Positions 12,153 to 25,000 of a stretch of DNA of 64,000 nt are shown piece after piece (the first letter of the stretch is position 1; every line of letters starts with the position of its first letter). A program made the translations under genes and the position numbers. Origin of the DNA: Octopus vulgaris (lineage: Eukaryota); the NCBI GenBank assembly GCA_951406725.2, contig OX597815.1:84878001-84942000 (forward strand). Direction: 5' to 3'. Below the pieces are notes generated by a model. The model saw nothing but the letters and a program-made list of their open reading frames with translations. It was not told the DNA's origin and did no database searches.

Positions 12153-13553
12153 GAGCACTCAGAGAGTGCAAACATCCGACAAGGCAACACCAACGTCCTC
12201 TCAACGGAGATGATTTTTAAAATGAGAAAATCTGAAATAAACTCGACTTCTCTCACAAGCGAAAATACTAAAGATGAACCCGATCGCTCTCAAAAATTAA
12301 AAACACCGGGAAAATAACCCAGTATCCTTGTTCGGTACCTCATCGATAGTCATAGAATGTGAAGGTAGGTGTGCCGGCCGTGTTTGTAATTACCGTGCTG
12401 GTACTGTGTGTGTGTTGTCTGCTGTAGGAACAGGGACATTTTTCTCTATGAAGGCATTTTTTAGTCTATCCACTGATATAGTGTCTTTACTACCATTGAG
12501 GTCTGTAGTGAAAAATTTATCCACGCGTGAAAGAAAACGGAAAGGTCCTGCACACGGTGCTGTTAACGGAGGTTAACAACATCGTTGCGCACAGAAACGT
12601 GAGTCCAAGAAGTAAAGCTTCCTTCAAGGCAGAGCTAGAAATGCAATTGTCAAGTAGGTAAGAGGTTTTAAACAGGAGTGATATATTCAAAACTGATAAA
12701 ACTAAAAACTGTCTAGAATAAATTAAATTTATTATTGTTACTGAATATGTGGATCTTTTCGGTTTGACCGGCAGTTTTTTAAAATAATTTCCACGTAACT
12801 AAACACTTTTAAACTTCGTATACTGGTAGAATGTGTTTATAAAACATCTTTTTCTCTTGGCTTTATTGAGAAAATTCTATGTTTTGTAAGATATTTTTTC
12901 TTCAATTTCTACCAATCAATGACGTCTATTGAGGTGAAAACATTCTGTGCCGTATGAATATGTTTAAGAAACAGATTCAGTTTATTTACATTTCTGAAGA
13001 AAAAAAAGATACCCTTCCCCCCACCCCTAACCCTAACCCTAAAACAGATGGAAATGCAATAGATCGATACTAGGGTCATAATTATAGGTGACAATTTCAT
13101 ATGACACCGCTAGAAAAAACTGCCGGTCAAACCGAAGAGATCCCAATATGTTAGTGATATTTAATTTCTGAACGGTTTTGCTGCCGTTTGTTTATGTAGT
13201 TTGAGAAACGTGAATAAAATTAATAATAGAGAAACAAAAACAAAACTTCGGAAACAGCAACACCACGACAGCCTACGTGGAAACCATGAGCTTGCTTTCA
13301 AGGGAGATAATCAGAGACTTCAACGTAAGATCGTAATACTTCGCATAAAGTAAAATATAAAAAATCATCCAGAATCTTTGCCCGGTACTGGATCGATCCC
13401 AAAATCTAATCAGTTCGTGGCAGTCACGAGGTCAAACATCCCCTAAAGTTTCATTCGAATCCATCCAACGGTTTTTGAGATATCTTGTCCACGGACAGAC
13501 AAACAAACACGACTGAGAACAATACCTCCGCCTTAGCGAAGACAGAGATAATA
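12151..13553 (+). mobile_element. Helentron/HINE-like non-autonomous element with expanded central region
   Basis: 5' block 12151-12340 and 3' block 13360-13553 both match the compact copy at 41379-41730. 3' hairpin CTCCGCCTTAGCGAAGACAGAG followed by ATAATAA; internal ACAG/ACAA microsatellite. Confidence 0.6.
12750..13144. mobile_element. MITE with ~30-bp TIRs and 6-bp target-site duplication
   Basis: GGATCTTTTCGGTTTGACCGGCAGTTTTTT ... AAAAAACTGCCGGTCAAACCGAAGAGATCC (1 mismatch). AATATG on both flanks (12744-12749, 13145-13150). Internal (CCCTAA)3. Confidence 0.9.
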
Positions 13554-14080
13554 AATCGTAGTAAAGAAACTGCAAAAGAAATAATTTAACTTCAGGCTAA
13601 TGAATTTCTTTGGTAAAGATTACAGAATGAATCTTTATTGCAATTTTCTGCAACTCTTCCCGAAAAAACTGACGCAAAAGCAACGTGCGTCACTAGAAGA
13701 CATCTGGCTATGTTTGGTACTAATTCTAAGTTTGAGCAAATTTGTTTTGCTTTTATTTCTTGAATGAAAGCTAGAGTTAGTAAAATTAAGATTGACTGAC
13801 AATCTTCATGATGATATGAAAGCCGCAACCACCTTGCCTGTCGTTATGTGTGTGTGCGTATGTAATGTGTGTGTATTTCGATTCCTGGACCGGGTGACGC
13901 GTTGTGTTCTTGAGCAAAACACTTCATTTCACGTTGCTCCAGTTCACTCAACTGGCAAAAATGAGTAACGCTGCGATGGACTGGGGAACACATACGCCAT
14001 GGAAACCGGGCCCAAGTGCCTGGCTAGGCTTTAAAAGGGCGCATTTATTTTATTATTATATATATATATATATATATATA

Positions 14081-14220
14081 TATTACATGAAGAAGGCAGC
14101 GAAACGGCCGTAACCCTAAAGACGTCAAGTAACTAAACATATTCCCTTCTGATACCTCCTGCCTTTTTATGGTGGAGCATGCATTGTTGAGAAGGTCTAA
14201 TGTGACTGAAACATTTCTAT

Positions 14221-14262
<42 letters not shown>

Positions 14263-14700
14263 GATAGACTCTCCCGTCGAAGACAACGTACGTGTTTAGT
14301 TTTTCCTGAACGACCTGCACAAATGATTTGCTTATAGTGATCAAATGTATGTGCCATACATTAAGCTCATTCCCTCCATCAAATCGACATTGCCTATACA
14401 GATGCGCAAGTGTACCACACGTCAGTTATCAACACGATCGCAGAGCAACGTAAAGTGAAGTGTTTCGGACAAGAACACAACGTCAGCTCGGTACGAGAAT
14501 CGAACCCACATCTAGCGATCGTGAGTGCATCACCGAAACCACTAGGCCACGTGCCATGTGTGTGTGTGTGTGTGTGTTAATAGAAATGTTTCAGTCACAT
14601 TAGACCTTCTCAACAATCCATGTTCCACCATAAAAAGGCAGGAGGTATCAGAAGGGAATATATTTAGTTACTTGACGTCCTTAGCCTTCTTCATGTAATA
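14081..14700. repeat. long inverted repeat (arms 14081-14250 and 14557-14700) enclosing a SINE fragment
   Basis: GACGTCAAGTAACTAAA...GTGACTGAAACATTTCTATTAACACAC is reverse-complemented at 14557-14700 with few mismatches and one ~20-nt deletion. A third, diverged partial copy lies at 14834-14910. Confidence 0.9.
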
Positions 14701-15556
14701 ATGATTTCAGTGTGTAATAAATTATGTTCACATGTGTGCACTAATATGCAAACGACACATTATACAATACAGTTGTATAATGCATGGCATGTATATTAAT
14801 GCAGACATGTAAACATTATTCTACACTGATACTATTATTACATGAAGAAAACTGCGAAACGGCTGTAATCCTAGGAATGACAAGTGGTTAAATAAATATA
14901 TTCACTTCTTAAACCTGACTTTTTGTTGTTCATATACTCCTCATGAAATAATCTCATCGAACAGATCTCCTGGATTTCAGCTGCATTATTGTACTATATA
15001 TTACATGTGTGAGACCATAGCATATTTGTATTTAGTAAACAGAATGCTTCCCGAGGTATTTTACTCCCATCCACCCACCTTGGACATGTTGTTGATTACA
15101 TATTCATTTGAAGCTGATTGTTCACTCCATCGCTACTCAAAACATTTAGCTGCGTACATTGCTTCAACTGACAAAATGATTCATTGTCCTGGGGCCTAAA
15201 GGACTGCACATCATATGAAACCGAGTAGTGACAAATGATAAAGCTCTATCAGCTTCAAATAAAGAAATTCGCCTGCATTTATTAAGTGGATTTTTTTTTT
15301 CTCTCTCCATGTTTAAAAAAAAAAAAAAAGAATTCATCTTCAAAATCAACAGAGAATTCTGACTGGTTTTAAATGTGGCACAACTGATGAATAGTGAAAT
15401 ATAAATTAATGAAATTCCTTCTCCTCAGTTAAAATACAAATACAGTGTCTTACACTTTATAAATAAAATACGTAACTGAAAGAATAAAGAATTCTTTAAC
15501 AAGTATCATAAAAAAGACAAGACACTAACGCACATAGTATTATGTATATATTTACA

Positions 15557-15562
15557 TTTAAT
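15557..15562 (-). promoter_or_regulatory. candidate polyadenylation signal (ATTAAA) for B4GALT7
   Basis: ATTAAA on the minus strand followed ~25 nt later by a GT/T-rich tract (GTGTCTTGTCTTTTTT). It lies near the edge of the CpG-depleted domain and would imply a ~2.9 kb 3' UTR. Confidence 0.25.
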
Positions 15563-17167
15563 ATACAGTAGCTTATCAACATGAGAATAACATAGTTTCG
15601 TCAGTGATTTAAAAAAAATCCCTGCGTGTTTGCAATCTTTTTGATGAAGTCACGTATCCAATAATATTTTGTCTCAAATAACCAACTTAAAATTTGATGT
15701 CCCATCCCCAGTACAAACCTAACCCAAGCACCATACATTCTTCAATATAACCTCCGCATTTTCCTAATGAACAAAAATGAATGCTAAAAAAGGTAACATG
15801 AATGATTTTGTAAAAACTTAAATATAAAACAATTTTGCTTTCTTCTGGTGGTGGGAGGCTTATAGTTGAGAATATAAAGGATTCTATTTACATCAAAATG
15901 TTTAACTTTGAAGTATATATATATAGAAAGATTTTGGTGTTCAAAAATAAACAAAATATAACGAACATTTTCAACAATTGAAATATGAAGTTTCATCCAT
16001 TGTGATCATGGTCAGTTTCAATAGCTATAAAACATAAGTTATCAATAGTTATTGACCCTAATAATGTTAAGGTGCTGTAGTTGTTGTAATTGTTGTTGTC
16101 TGTAATGGTGGTGGCAGTGAAGTTACAAATATTAATAGTTGGACCCAGTGAGTTTAAGAAACAGAAGACTACCAATATCAAAGAATAAAATTCGCAGTTT
16201 GGGGTCAGTGGTGGTGGTGATAACAGTGCTGCTCTAGAAGCCAAAGAGTCCATGGCTCACATCTCATCACTGTAACCAGCTTGTGTCCTTGAGAAAAGAA
16301 GACAACAGCTGTCTGCGTGACTGCAAATGGGTGACATAAGAAGCCACATGTCCTCTACTGTACAAGTAGGAGCTTTCTGTAACCAACAACATTACATAAC
16401 TTCATTAGATTGCAATGCTGTGTCCAAATACTTCAATAACACAAGGAAAAGTTAACAAGAAAACCATTCCTTTGAATATATCCTACTTTAAATCACTACA
16501 GGAAGACAAAGTCTTCAATGATATCCTAACGAGCCGGTGGGTTAATCATTACTATTACTTCTGGAAAGCACTTCCAAACTTCATAGATGCTCATGAAAAG
16601 AACAGAATAAACATGGTATTAAAGGTTAAGATAACATCAAAAGAGCATATAGTATGTAATCATACAGTATCCGAAAAGCGTGATGTTAATTCTGTAAGGC
16701 AGTGCCTTGGGAACTGCAATTACTTAAAGTCTGGCTTGGTACTTTCACTACTAAGCCAATTTACTTTACATTAAAATTAGAAAAGTTAGGTTTTCTCACA
16801 ACTTAATCATTTTGTTTATCAGTTTCCTTCATCACATTTCACTGGGGATTTAACACTCATTCAGCACACAAAGACACCATCATGGATGCAATGAGATTCG
16901 GTGGAGACAAGTTTATCTGAGAATAATTAAACAATGTGTAGAAACTGTTTAAACAATATTCTCCTCTTATTGTGATATTTGCATTCAGAGCTTCACTCGC
17001 AATTGAATTACTTAAGTTTCAGATGAAGAATAAAGCACACATCTGGTTATTTGGCCGCTTAATTCTGAGTATTGAGACGACACCCATTGAGTGCTTTTTT
17101 GTATTTGTACACCTATCTGTATGTGTACACACATTATGTATATGTATACACACACAGACGTTTTTTT

Positions 17168-17286
17168 GTTAATAACCCTCAGGCACTACAGAGTGATGAG
17201 TGACTCAAGATTCAAGAGTTTTATGCATTGGCCAATGCACAAAAATCTGAGCACTTGAGTCACTCTGTAACATCTGATAATTGTTA
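17168..17286. repeat. ~120-bp imperfect palindrome/hairpin
   Basis: Centre TGCATTGG|CCAATGCA; arms GAGTGACTCAAG/CTTGAGTCACTC and TACAGAG/CTCTGTA. Confidence 0.8.
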
Positions 17287-17869
17287 ATAAAATACATATA
17301 CATATACTTGTATTTTGAGTTCTATTTTCCTGTTTGCATCACCAAAGCCCTATATATATATATATATATAACGGATATAAATTGATGATGATGATGATGA
17401 CGATATGTGTGTGTGTGTGTGTGTAATATTTTTGAGTAGAGACAAAAGACATCACTACTGTTATAGAGTTACATTACCTAGAATAAACAAACTTTGAACA
17501 GTTGCTAGTTTGAGTGCTTAAGATGATTGTCCTCCATCTAAAATGTAAAGATTATCTAGACACAAAAAAAATTATGATATAAGATTTTTCTCTTCGTTTT
17601 TCCTTATGCATTTTTAAATCATTTCCCTACACTCTTTTTTTTTTTCATGATTTTTCATTCTTCTTCTTACCCTTAAAATGCTGCAAGTTGAAAGCTGGGA
17701 GTGAAAAGGCTTACAGTATTTGGTTATAAAATAAATTTGCTTGTTTCTTTTGTTGTTATTCAAATAATCATTATTATATTTAAATGAACCAAAAACAAGG
17801 GAAAAGCAGGGGTAGTATTTCTCTTTTTTTTTCTTTTTTTTTTTTTGTAAATTTTGGTGTATTATTGTA

Positions 17870-18187
17870 CAGTGGAACGTCAGTTTACAAATGCTTCCTA
17901 TTATGAACAAATCAGTTTATGAACAATTTTTCTAACATAAAACATCTTGAATGATAAGCAGCATCTCAACAAACACACAAACCAGCAATAAAGGTGGGCA
18001 AGAAACTGAGAGTATCAGTGAGGGAGCATCAGTAGCTGTCTAGCTTTCACTCAGAGTACATCCTTGCTCAATTTTGCCATACTTTCTCTTGAGTTTCCAA
18101 TGGGGAAAATGGTTCTAGTTTACAAATATTTCAGGTGACAAAAAATCCTTCTGGAATGAATTAAATTCATAAACTAGGGTTCCACTG
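17870..18187. mobile_element. Tigger/pogo-type MITE just downstream of the B4GALT7 stop
   Basis: TA|CAGTGGAACGTCAGTTTA ... TAAACTAGGGTTCCACTG|TA, i.e. TIRs with a TA TSD. Confidence 0.8.
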
Positions 18188-18419
18188 TATTATTACAGCA
18201 GCTATTTCACTCTTCTACTTGTTTTGCAGCTCAGAATAAATGTGTGTTTTGATTTCCATATATTTGGTTCTGTTATTATTGATGTAACAAGCTTAAGGGA
18301 TTTTTCTTTAAACAGTATAGATTACATTTTTTTTTCATTTTTTTTCTTCCTTTCTATTAGCATAAATATTTTCATACCACAAGCCATATTTATACCATTC
18401 AAACTTTAAACAATGTTAA

Positions 18420-18463
<44 letters not shown>

Positions 18464-18486
18464 CACATATAAACAATAATGTATTT

Positions 18487-18672
18487 TCATAGATAAGGTT
18501 TGGCTAAATTATGGTCTTGCTTCTGTAAACACCAGGGTGTCTTACTCAAGTCACAGCTTAGTCTAATATTTATCACTTTTGCCACAGAACCATTCACAGA
18601 TAAGTCATACTGGGAAACTTTTTCATACGCCAAAGTATCAAACCCAGTTTCATAATCACGGTGGCTGGAAAT
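18487..18672 (-). CDS. B4GALT7: B4GALT7 last coding exon
   Basis: TTTTGCTCTGTTGCAG|ATT; reads ISSHRDYETGFDTLAYEKVSQYDLSVNGSVAKVINIRLSCDLSKTPWCLQKQDHNLAKPYL-TGA. The CxxxxTPWC ending is typical of B4GALT7. Confidence 0.92.
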   Translation of the reverse strand: MSSHRDYETGFDTLAYEKVSQYDLSVNGSVAKVINIRLSCDLSKTPWCLQKQDHNLAKPYL

Positions 18673-19499
18673 CTGCAACAGAGCAAAAAAATGAGATTCA
18701 AAAATAGTTTAGTTAGTTAGTATGTTGTTTTGTAACAGTGGTGTATTGATGAAAAATATTTGCTTGCTTTTTTCAATGATAAAGCAGAGGAAAAGAAAGG
18801 AAAGAATAAAGAGAGGAACAAAGAAAAGAGACAAATAAAGAGGAAAACTAAAGAAAGAACTAAAAAATAAATTTAGTTTACTATTTCTTATGTTGATAAG
18901 TACATCTTTTCCATTATATTTTCAGTAAAAATTACTTAACACACAAAACAACATGCAATTTCTTCTGGATATTCACTGGCATAAACAATCTAACTGACCA
19001 CTGATATTAAGGTTCTAGCAGCACAACATTGATGCTGGAATCACAAGTTCTCTATTCTCTGACCTACATGTTATCTCTTGGTCATAATATCAAATTTATT
19101 TTAGAGCAAGACTAGAAATAATTCTTGGATTTAATATATTTACAATATTTCTTGACATAGCTGCAACATAGCTTCAAGTCCACAGTGAACTAATTAGAGA
19201 AACTTTCATTAATGCTACTAATGTCATTATGAAATCTATGCTTTACTCACTTCTGAATAAATGTAAGGCACAGTATCACTGGTATTATTGTATTACTGCA
19301 TTACACATAGCATTTTAAATAATATTAATTATCAATTATCCTCCTGATTTTGAAAACAGTTTAAGTTCATTACAGAAAATAAATCCAGCCTCCTGAAAGA
19401 TTGAAGGAATCCTCTCCTTTTAGATACAATGACATCAGGCTCCACTTTCAGTAGGTAAAACTTATGACAAGTATCACTCAAGCATATCACAACACAGAA

Positions 19500-20025
19500 A
19501 CATCATTCATCATTGTTCGACTGTGGTTGAGACAATGGAATTTATTATGCTACGCCAGACTTTACGGTCCATCATAGCATTACGGAGGTCCTGTTGCTGG
19601 ATGCCTGTATCCCTGGAGATTACACCAGGGTAGGAGAGTGTGTGCCCTCTAGTATTGCAAGCAGATGGCTTCCAGAGGAGAAGAGTAGAAATTACCTCGT
19701 TTTCAGCTCTACAACAATGTCCAGCAAACTGGACTCTTCTACCTTTCACAAGAGATGATACAGGTGGTAATTTCCCATATATTTATACTTTGGTTGGATG
19801 ACACTTCCATGAGAGATTTTGAGCTCTCATAAGGAGGTGAGTGTAAGTTCCATCCAACTGCCTCTTAAGCTTCTTTGATAACGTCCAGGTTTCTGAGCCA
19901 TACAGTAGAATTGGTTCGACTGTGGCTTTGAAGATTTTAAGTTTGAAATCTCTACTTAGATTTGATGACCAGATCTTATGCATATCATTATAGGCTGACC
20001 AGGCCATACCCTTTCTAGTTAGAAA
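19500..20025 (-). mobile_element. RTE-type LINE 3' fragment in the last intron
   Basis: RKGMAWSAYNDMHKIW...ATVEPILLYGSETWTL...RRVQFAGHC...AMMDRKVWR, followed by a (TGA)-like tail. A short 3' copy lies at 38070-38180 (+). Confidence 0.85.
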
Positions 20026-20219
20026 ATACAGAAACAGACACAGCATACACAAGCAGAGGTTTGTCCAGTCAGTGCTGACTTGGGGTTAAACAACAGCAAT
20101 AAAAACAGAGACAACCTGACATTTGCGTAATGTGGTGTTATGGCAAAAAAAAAGCATCAATGTTGTGGAAAGGCTATAAAAAAAGAGATTAACACATGAA
20201 TACAAGAGAAAATACTTAC

Positions 20220-20324
20220 ATAGTGCTGGTTGAAAAAACGGCTGGTATCACGTCGACGTTTTTTGGAATCATGTAAATGTTTAAATGTCTTGTAACCAGT
20301 TGTAATATTTTGTGGGCGAGATAT
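20220..20324 (-). CDS. B4GALT7: B4GALT7 coding exon 4 (HLH motif)
   Basis: TTATTGCAG|ATA...TAT|GTAAGT; 105 nt reading [35 protein letters not shown]. Confidence 0.92.
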
Positions 20325-20677
20325 CTGCAATAAATGAATCAAGAAGGAATTGGTCTTCAACAAGTATGAATACATATATCATCATTATTGTCATTTAACG
20401 TCCGCTTTCCATGCTGGCATGGGCTGGACAGTTTGACAGGAGATGGCTAGGCAGAAGACTGCACCAAGCTTCAGTGTCTGTTTTGGCATAGTTTTTATAG
20501 CTGGATGCCCTTTCTAACACTAACCACTCTGCAAAGTGGATAAAGTGCTTTTTACATGGCACCAGCACAGACGAGGTCAGTTTTGGCAGGGTTTTTACAG
20601 TTGGATCCCTTCCAAATGCCAACCACTTTACAGTGTGGACTGGATGCTTTTTACATGAACTGAATGCTTTTACACAA

Positions 20678-20724
<47 letters not shown>

Positions 20725-20727
<3 letters not shown>

Positions 20728-21129
20728 TACCACAATTTTTAATCTTTCCATTTTACCAATGTGCTATCGGAACACCAACACAAATTAGACTAAACAAGGA
20801 AACATTCTTCATTGAAAAGTACAAGCCTAGACTTAACCATTCCAACATACTTATACAGAGAAATTCACTCCAAAGGAAAGACAAAAAATTTTAAGCGATT
20901 ATCTCCCTTACACCAGAAGAAATCACTTATTACCTCCCCTTATCTAGAACTCTTCTCAACATACACATAACGATGTAAGAAATTTGAAAAGCTGAACACG
21001 AAACCGGTCATTTCTTCTAAACTATGTCATTGTAAGAAAAAAATTTATAATATTCTTCAGACATATTGACTCAAATATATATTTTTTAACCTTTTAAAAC
21101 AAGCCTTCTGTAGTTTTTTCACTTTTTAC

Positions 21130-21130
<1 letters not shown>
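20725..21130 (+). mobile_element. Penelope-like element 3' end (GIY-YIG C-terminus and tail)
   Basis: FLIFPFYQC...IRLNKETFFIEKYKPRLN matches the PLE endonuclease end (R..KE.FFI.K.KP.LN). Followed by ...CACGAAACCGGTC and flanked by (TA)n. Confidence 0.65.
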
Positions 21131-21186
<56 letters not shown>

Positions 21187-22021
21187 ATTTATAAACATGC
21201 AAATGACTCCTAAACCCTAAAGAGATTTTAAGGACCAGTAATTATTTCCAGTTTCCTGACATTAAATGGATCAGATGCAACACTTTCCTTGGGTAAGGAT
21301 ACAGATGTATAATGGGTAAGAACTATTTGAACCAAAGTAATCAAGAATCAAATTCTGTTCCCAAATAGGTGCAGAGTTTCAATTCACAGATTTAAACTTA
21401 CTATACAAGACAATGCTTGGCCTAATGACTTGAGCATCAAGTTAGCCATCAGTGACAGAAATAATACTTTAACAAGAACAAAGTGAGTATTCTCAGTAGC
21501 AGAATTTTCTGTGAGATGGCTGCCTTAGTTGTAGTAGGTTGTTTCAATAAGATATCTCACTACTGGTTGAATGACAAATGGTTTGAATACGGCATATGTC
21601 AAAGGCCCAGTCCACCTAATTGAAAACAGGTACCACAATTCATTGTCATGAGAAGCAAGTATTTGATATTTCAAAGATGATTTCAAATACTTCCATATCC
21701 ATAGCTTATAGAGAGATGGGACCAGCCAGATTAATGTAACCCAGTTGCATAGACTGTATAAAAATGGATTCTTTAATTTTGTTCTATGAAATGGGTTATG
21801 AGAATCACCAACATAGGAATTCTACCTCAGAGATAGTCAAGTTGTACAAAGTAAGAACACCAGAGCAAAATTACAAAAAGGAAATTCCCAACTTTAGAGG
21901 AATGGGTATATTTACCCATCTTAAGGTATCTAGTAAAAGTGTTATATTTACAAACTGGGGGCATATAGAGGAAACAATCATCAGGGAAGTGTCTATGTGG
22001 TCACTTAACCTGGTAGAAATA

Positions 22022-22099
22022 CAGGGTGGTCCAAAATTTGCTCTACCACTTGGTACATTCAAATATATTAAAAGGTAGCTTGAATTTCAGGCCATCCTG
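22022..22099. mobile_element. 78-bp Tc1/mariner-type MITE
   Basis: TA|CAGGGTGGTCCAAAATT ... AATTTCAGGCCATCCTG|TA. Confidence 0.65.
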
Positions 22100-25000
22100 T
22101 AGAAGTGAAATCTATGGAATCACTCCTTGCTAAAACAAAAATGAGACACACTGTACAATATAGTCCTACATATCATTTAAAAAATTTTTTTTAATAAAAA
22201 AACAGGAAGATCATGGCTGGAATATTTTTGCTCACAGGTTTACTCAATCAAAACTGATCTGGGGCCAAACAACAATCAAGCCATCTCTGTAGAGCAATTA
22301 AACAAGATAATTATTTATGTATTTTGTTGTATCTCAGGAGGGTCAGTATGCCAATAATAAGCATACACACAACACTGGTTCTATTTCACTTCTATTATCA
22401 TAATTAGTTAACTATTAGTGAAAAAGAACAGGTGTGTGTGTGTATGTGCATGCACACTTATTAATAATAATGACCCTTTTGAGATACAACAAAATCTGTT
22501 TCAATACATGGGTTCACATCAAGAATCTTGCAAGCCAAATACAAAATTAAAATATTATCTATTCTATGCATTACTAATTAAACATAAAATTTATCCATCC
22601 TTAACTGTTAGCTGACAGAAGTAAATACTAATCAGTTAATTAACAGACTCAATGCATTAACTGAGAGCTAACAGAAGTGGTTCTTACAGCAGCAAGAAAC
22701 TCTTGAGTCTCCAAACAAGAGGCTAACATGCTACTAAGCCAGTCATCTACAATTATAGTACTTCTTTTTATTGTTGTTGTTGTTTAGCCCTAGGTCAAGT
22801 AGTCCTTTGATCAAAGACACTCCAGCCACAACCTTCTTGTCTTTTACAAGTAATGATCTCTTATTATGGAGAGGACATGTGGAAAGGGTAGACCCAGGAA
22901 AACATGGGACAAACTGGTAAGAAAAGATCTTCAGATGCTGGGCCTTACAGAGGGGATGACTAGAGACCAAAACTTCTGGCAGTTTGCTGTGCTTGAGAAG
23001 ACACATCAAGCTACATAATACTGTGGTTATCCTTGCAAACAGGCATGTCCCTACATCCCTCCTCAACTGAGGGATCCTAATCTTGAAGGCTTGTGGGTGC
23101 TGATGCCACATAAATAGCAGCCATGCTGGTGCCACGTAAAAGCGCCCAGTACACTCTGTAAAGTGGTTGGCATTAGAAAGGGTATCCAGTTGTAGAAATG
23201 ATGCCTGGGCAGCTCTTCAGCTTGCCAGCTCCTGTCAACCTCTCCAACCCATGCCAGCATGAAAAAACATGTTGATGATGCTGATGATAATACATCATCC
23301 AACGTAATCGTCTTCTTTAAGGTGATGAAGAGTAATTTGAGGAAGGCTTGGCTATTATTTCAAACAGGTTCAGTGAGCACAGAGAGATTTTCTCATTAAC
23401 ACCCATCCATAGCAGTAGTATCATTGTAAGCAAGCAAAAAAAGAGTAGGCTCTAAGTCGCCTCACTGCAAGTGTTGATCACCACATCAAAACCAGCACCA
23501 ATAACTTCATTGATGATACCAAAGCCAGACCTCTTTTCACTTGATGCCAATATTGTAAAAGAAATCATAACATGATTTGCAGAACAAGAATACAAGCTAA
23601 TTTTCCATCAATTACTAGGTTAAAAAAAAAACATCAAATAAATAAAAAATAAAATAAGCAAACAGTGAAAACAAAAGTAAAAACACTAAGTAAAACAAAC
23701 ATAAAAAAAAAGAACATAACTACACAACAAAATTTCTTAAACAGAAAATTAAAAAAAAAATTAAGAAATAAAAATTAGAATGCAAATGGAAATTCCAAAA
23801 CACACGGCACCATTTCTAAAGCAGAAGGAGCCAAAGTTACGTCTCAAAAGAAAGATTATCGCTGATTCCTATAGGAAAAGCCATTGGCAATGAATACACA
23901 GAATTCTAAAATTTGCTTTCGTCAGGAATTCTATAACATCATTTCAACTCCCTATTTACATTTTCCTTTTACTTCCATTTGTTATCTTCTTTAATTTAAA
24001 TAAATAAATATACACACAGAATCACACATAGTCAGATATATGTATACACATACACACATGTATACACACACACACGTATGTATAAACACACATATGCATA
24101 CAGACACACACACATACACACACATGCAGACATACACACACACACACAAACATATATTAATCTTTCAAGAGATTATTATAGTATATTCACATTCTTTAAG
24201 AGGGGGAGATTTAGTTACATGGTGGTGGTGGTGGTGGTGGTGATGGTAGTAGTAGTAGTAGTAGTAGTAGTTGTTTTAGATGAGATATTTTAGATTTTCA
24301 GTTTAACCATATTATTTTATTCATTTAGCACTTTTAGTTATTTATATTCCAGTTATTGTCATACTCTATTTTTTGTTTGTCTTTATTGGTTTCTTAGCTT
24401 TCAGTTGGTTTTATCATTATCATTATTTTTATTATTATTGTTATTTTTATCATTATCATCATTAAGGCACTGTGATGGCAGCACCGTTGTTATGCTGTGC
24501 AAAAACACTAGCGATATTTTGTCCATCCTTATGTTCTGAGTTCAAATTCTGCAACGGTCAACTTTGCCTTTCATCCTCCCAGAGTCAGTAACATAAGTAC
24601 CAGTTACGCACTGGGGTTGATGTAATCGACTTACCTCCTTCCCCCAAATTTCAAGCCTTGTGCCTATAGTAGAAAGGATTATCATTATTACTACTACTAC
24701 TACTATTATTATTATTAAGGCAGCGAGATGGCAGAATCGTTAACATGCAGGACAAAGTGCTTAGTGGCATTTCAACCATCTTTATGTTCTGAGTTCAAAT
24801 TCTGCCGGAGTTGACTTTGTCTTTCATCCTTTCTGGGTTGATAAAATAAGTACTGAAATTGCTGGCCTTGTGCCAAAATTTGAAACCATTATTATTATCA
24901 TCATTATTATTATTAGTAGTAGTAGTAGTAGTAGTATTAAAGTACTGAGATGGCAGAACCATTAGCATGCCAGGCAAAATGTTGTCTTTATGTTTTGAGT

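Noticed and set aside
13025-13042. Telomere or chromosome-fusion relic
   Set aside because: Only three CCCTAA units, internal to a MITE.
14950-15780. Possible very old DDE transposase remnants on the minus strand (also 49150-49450)
   Set aside because: Only faint motif resemblance, which cannot be supported without a profile search.
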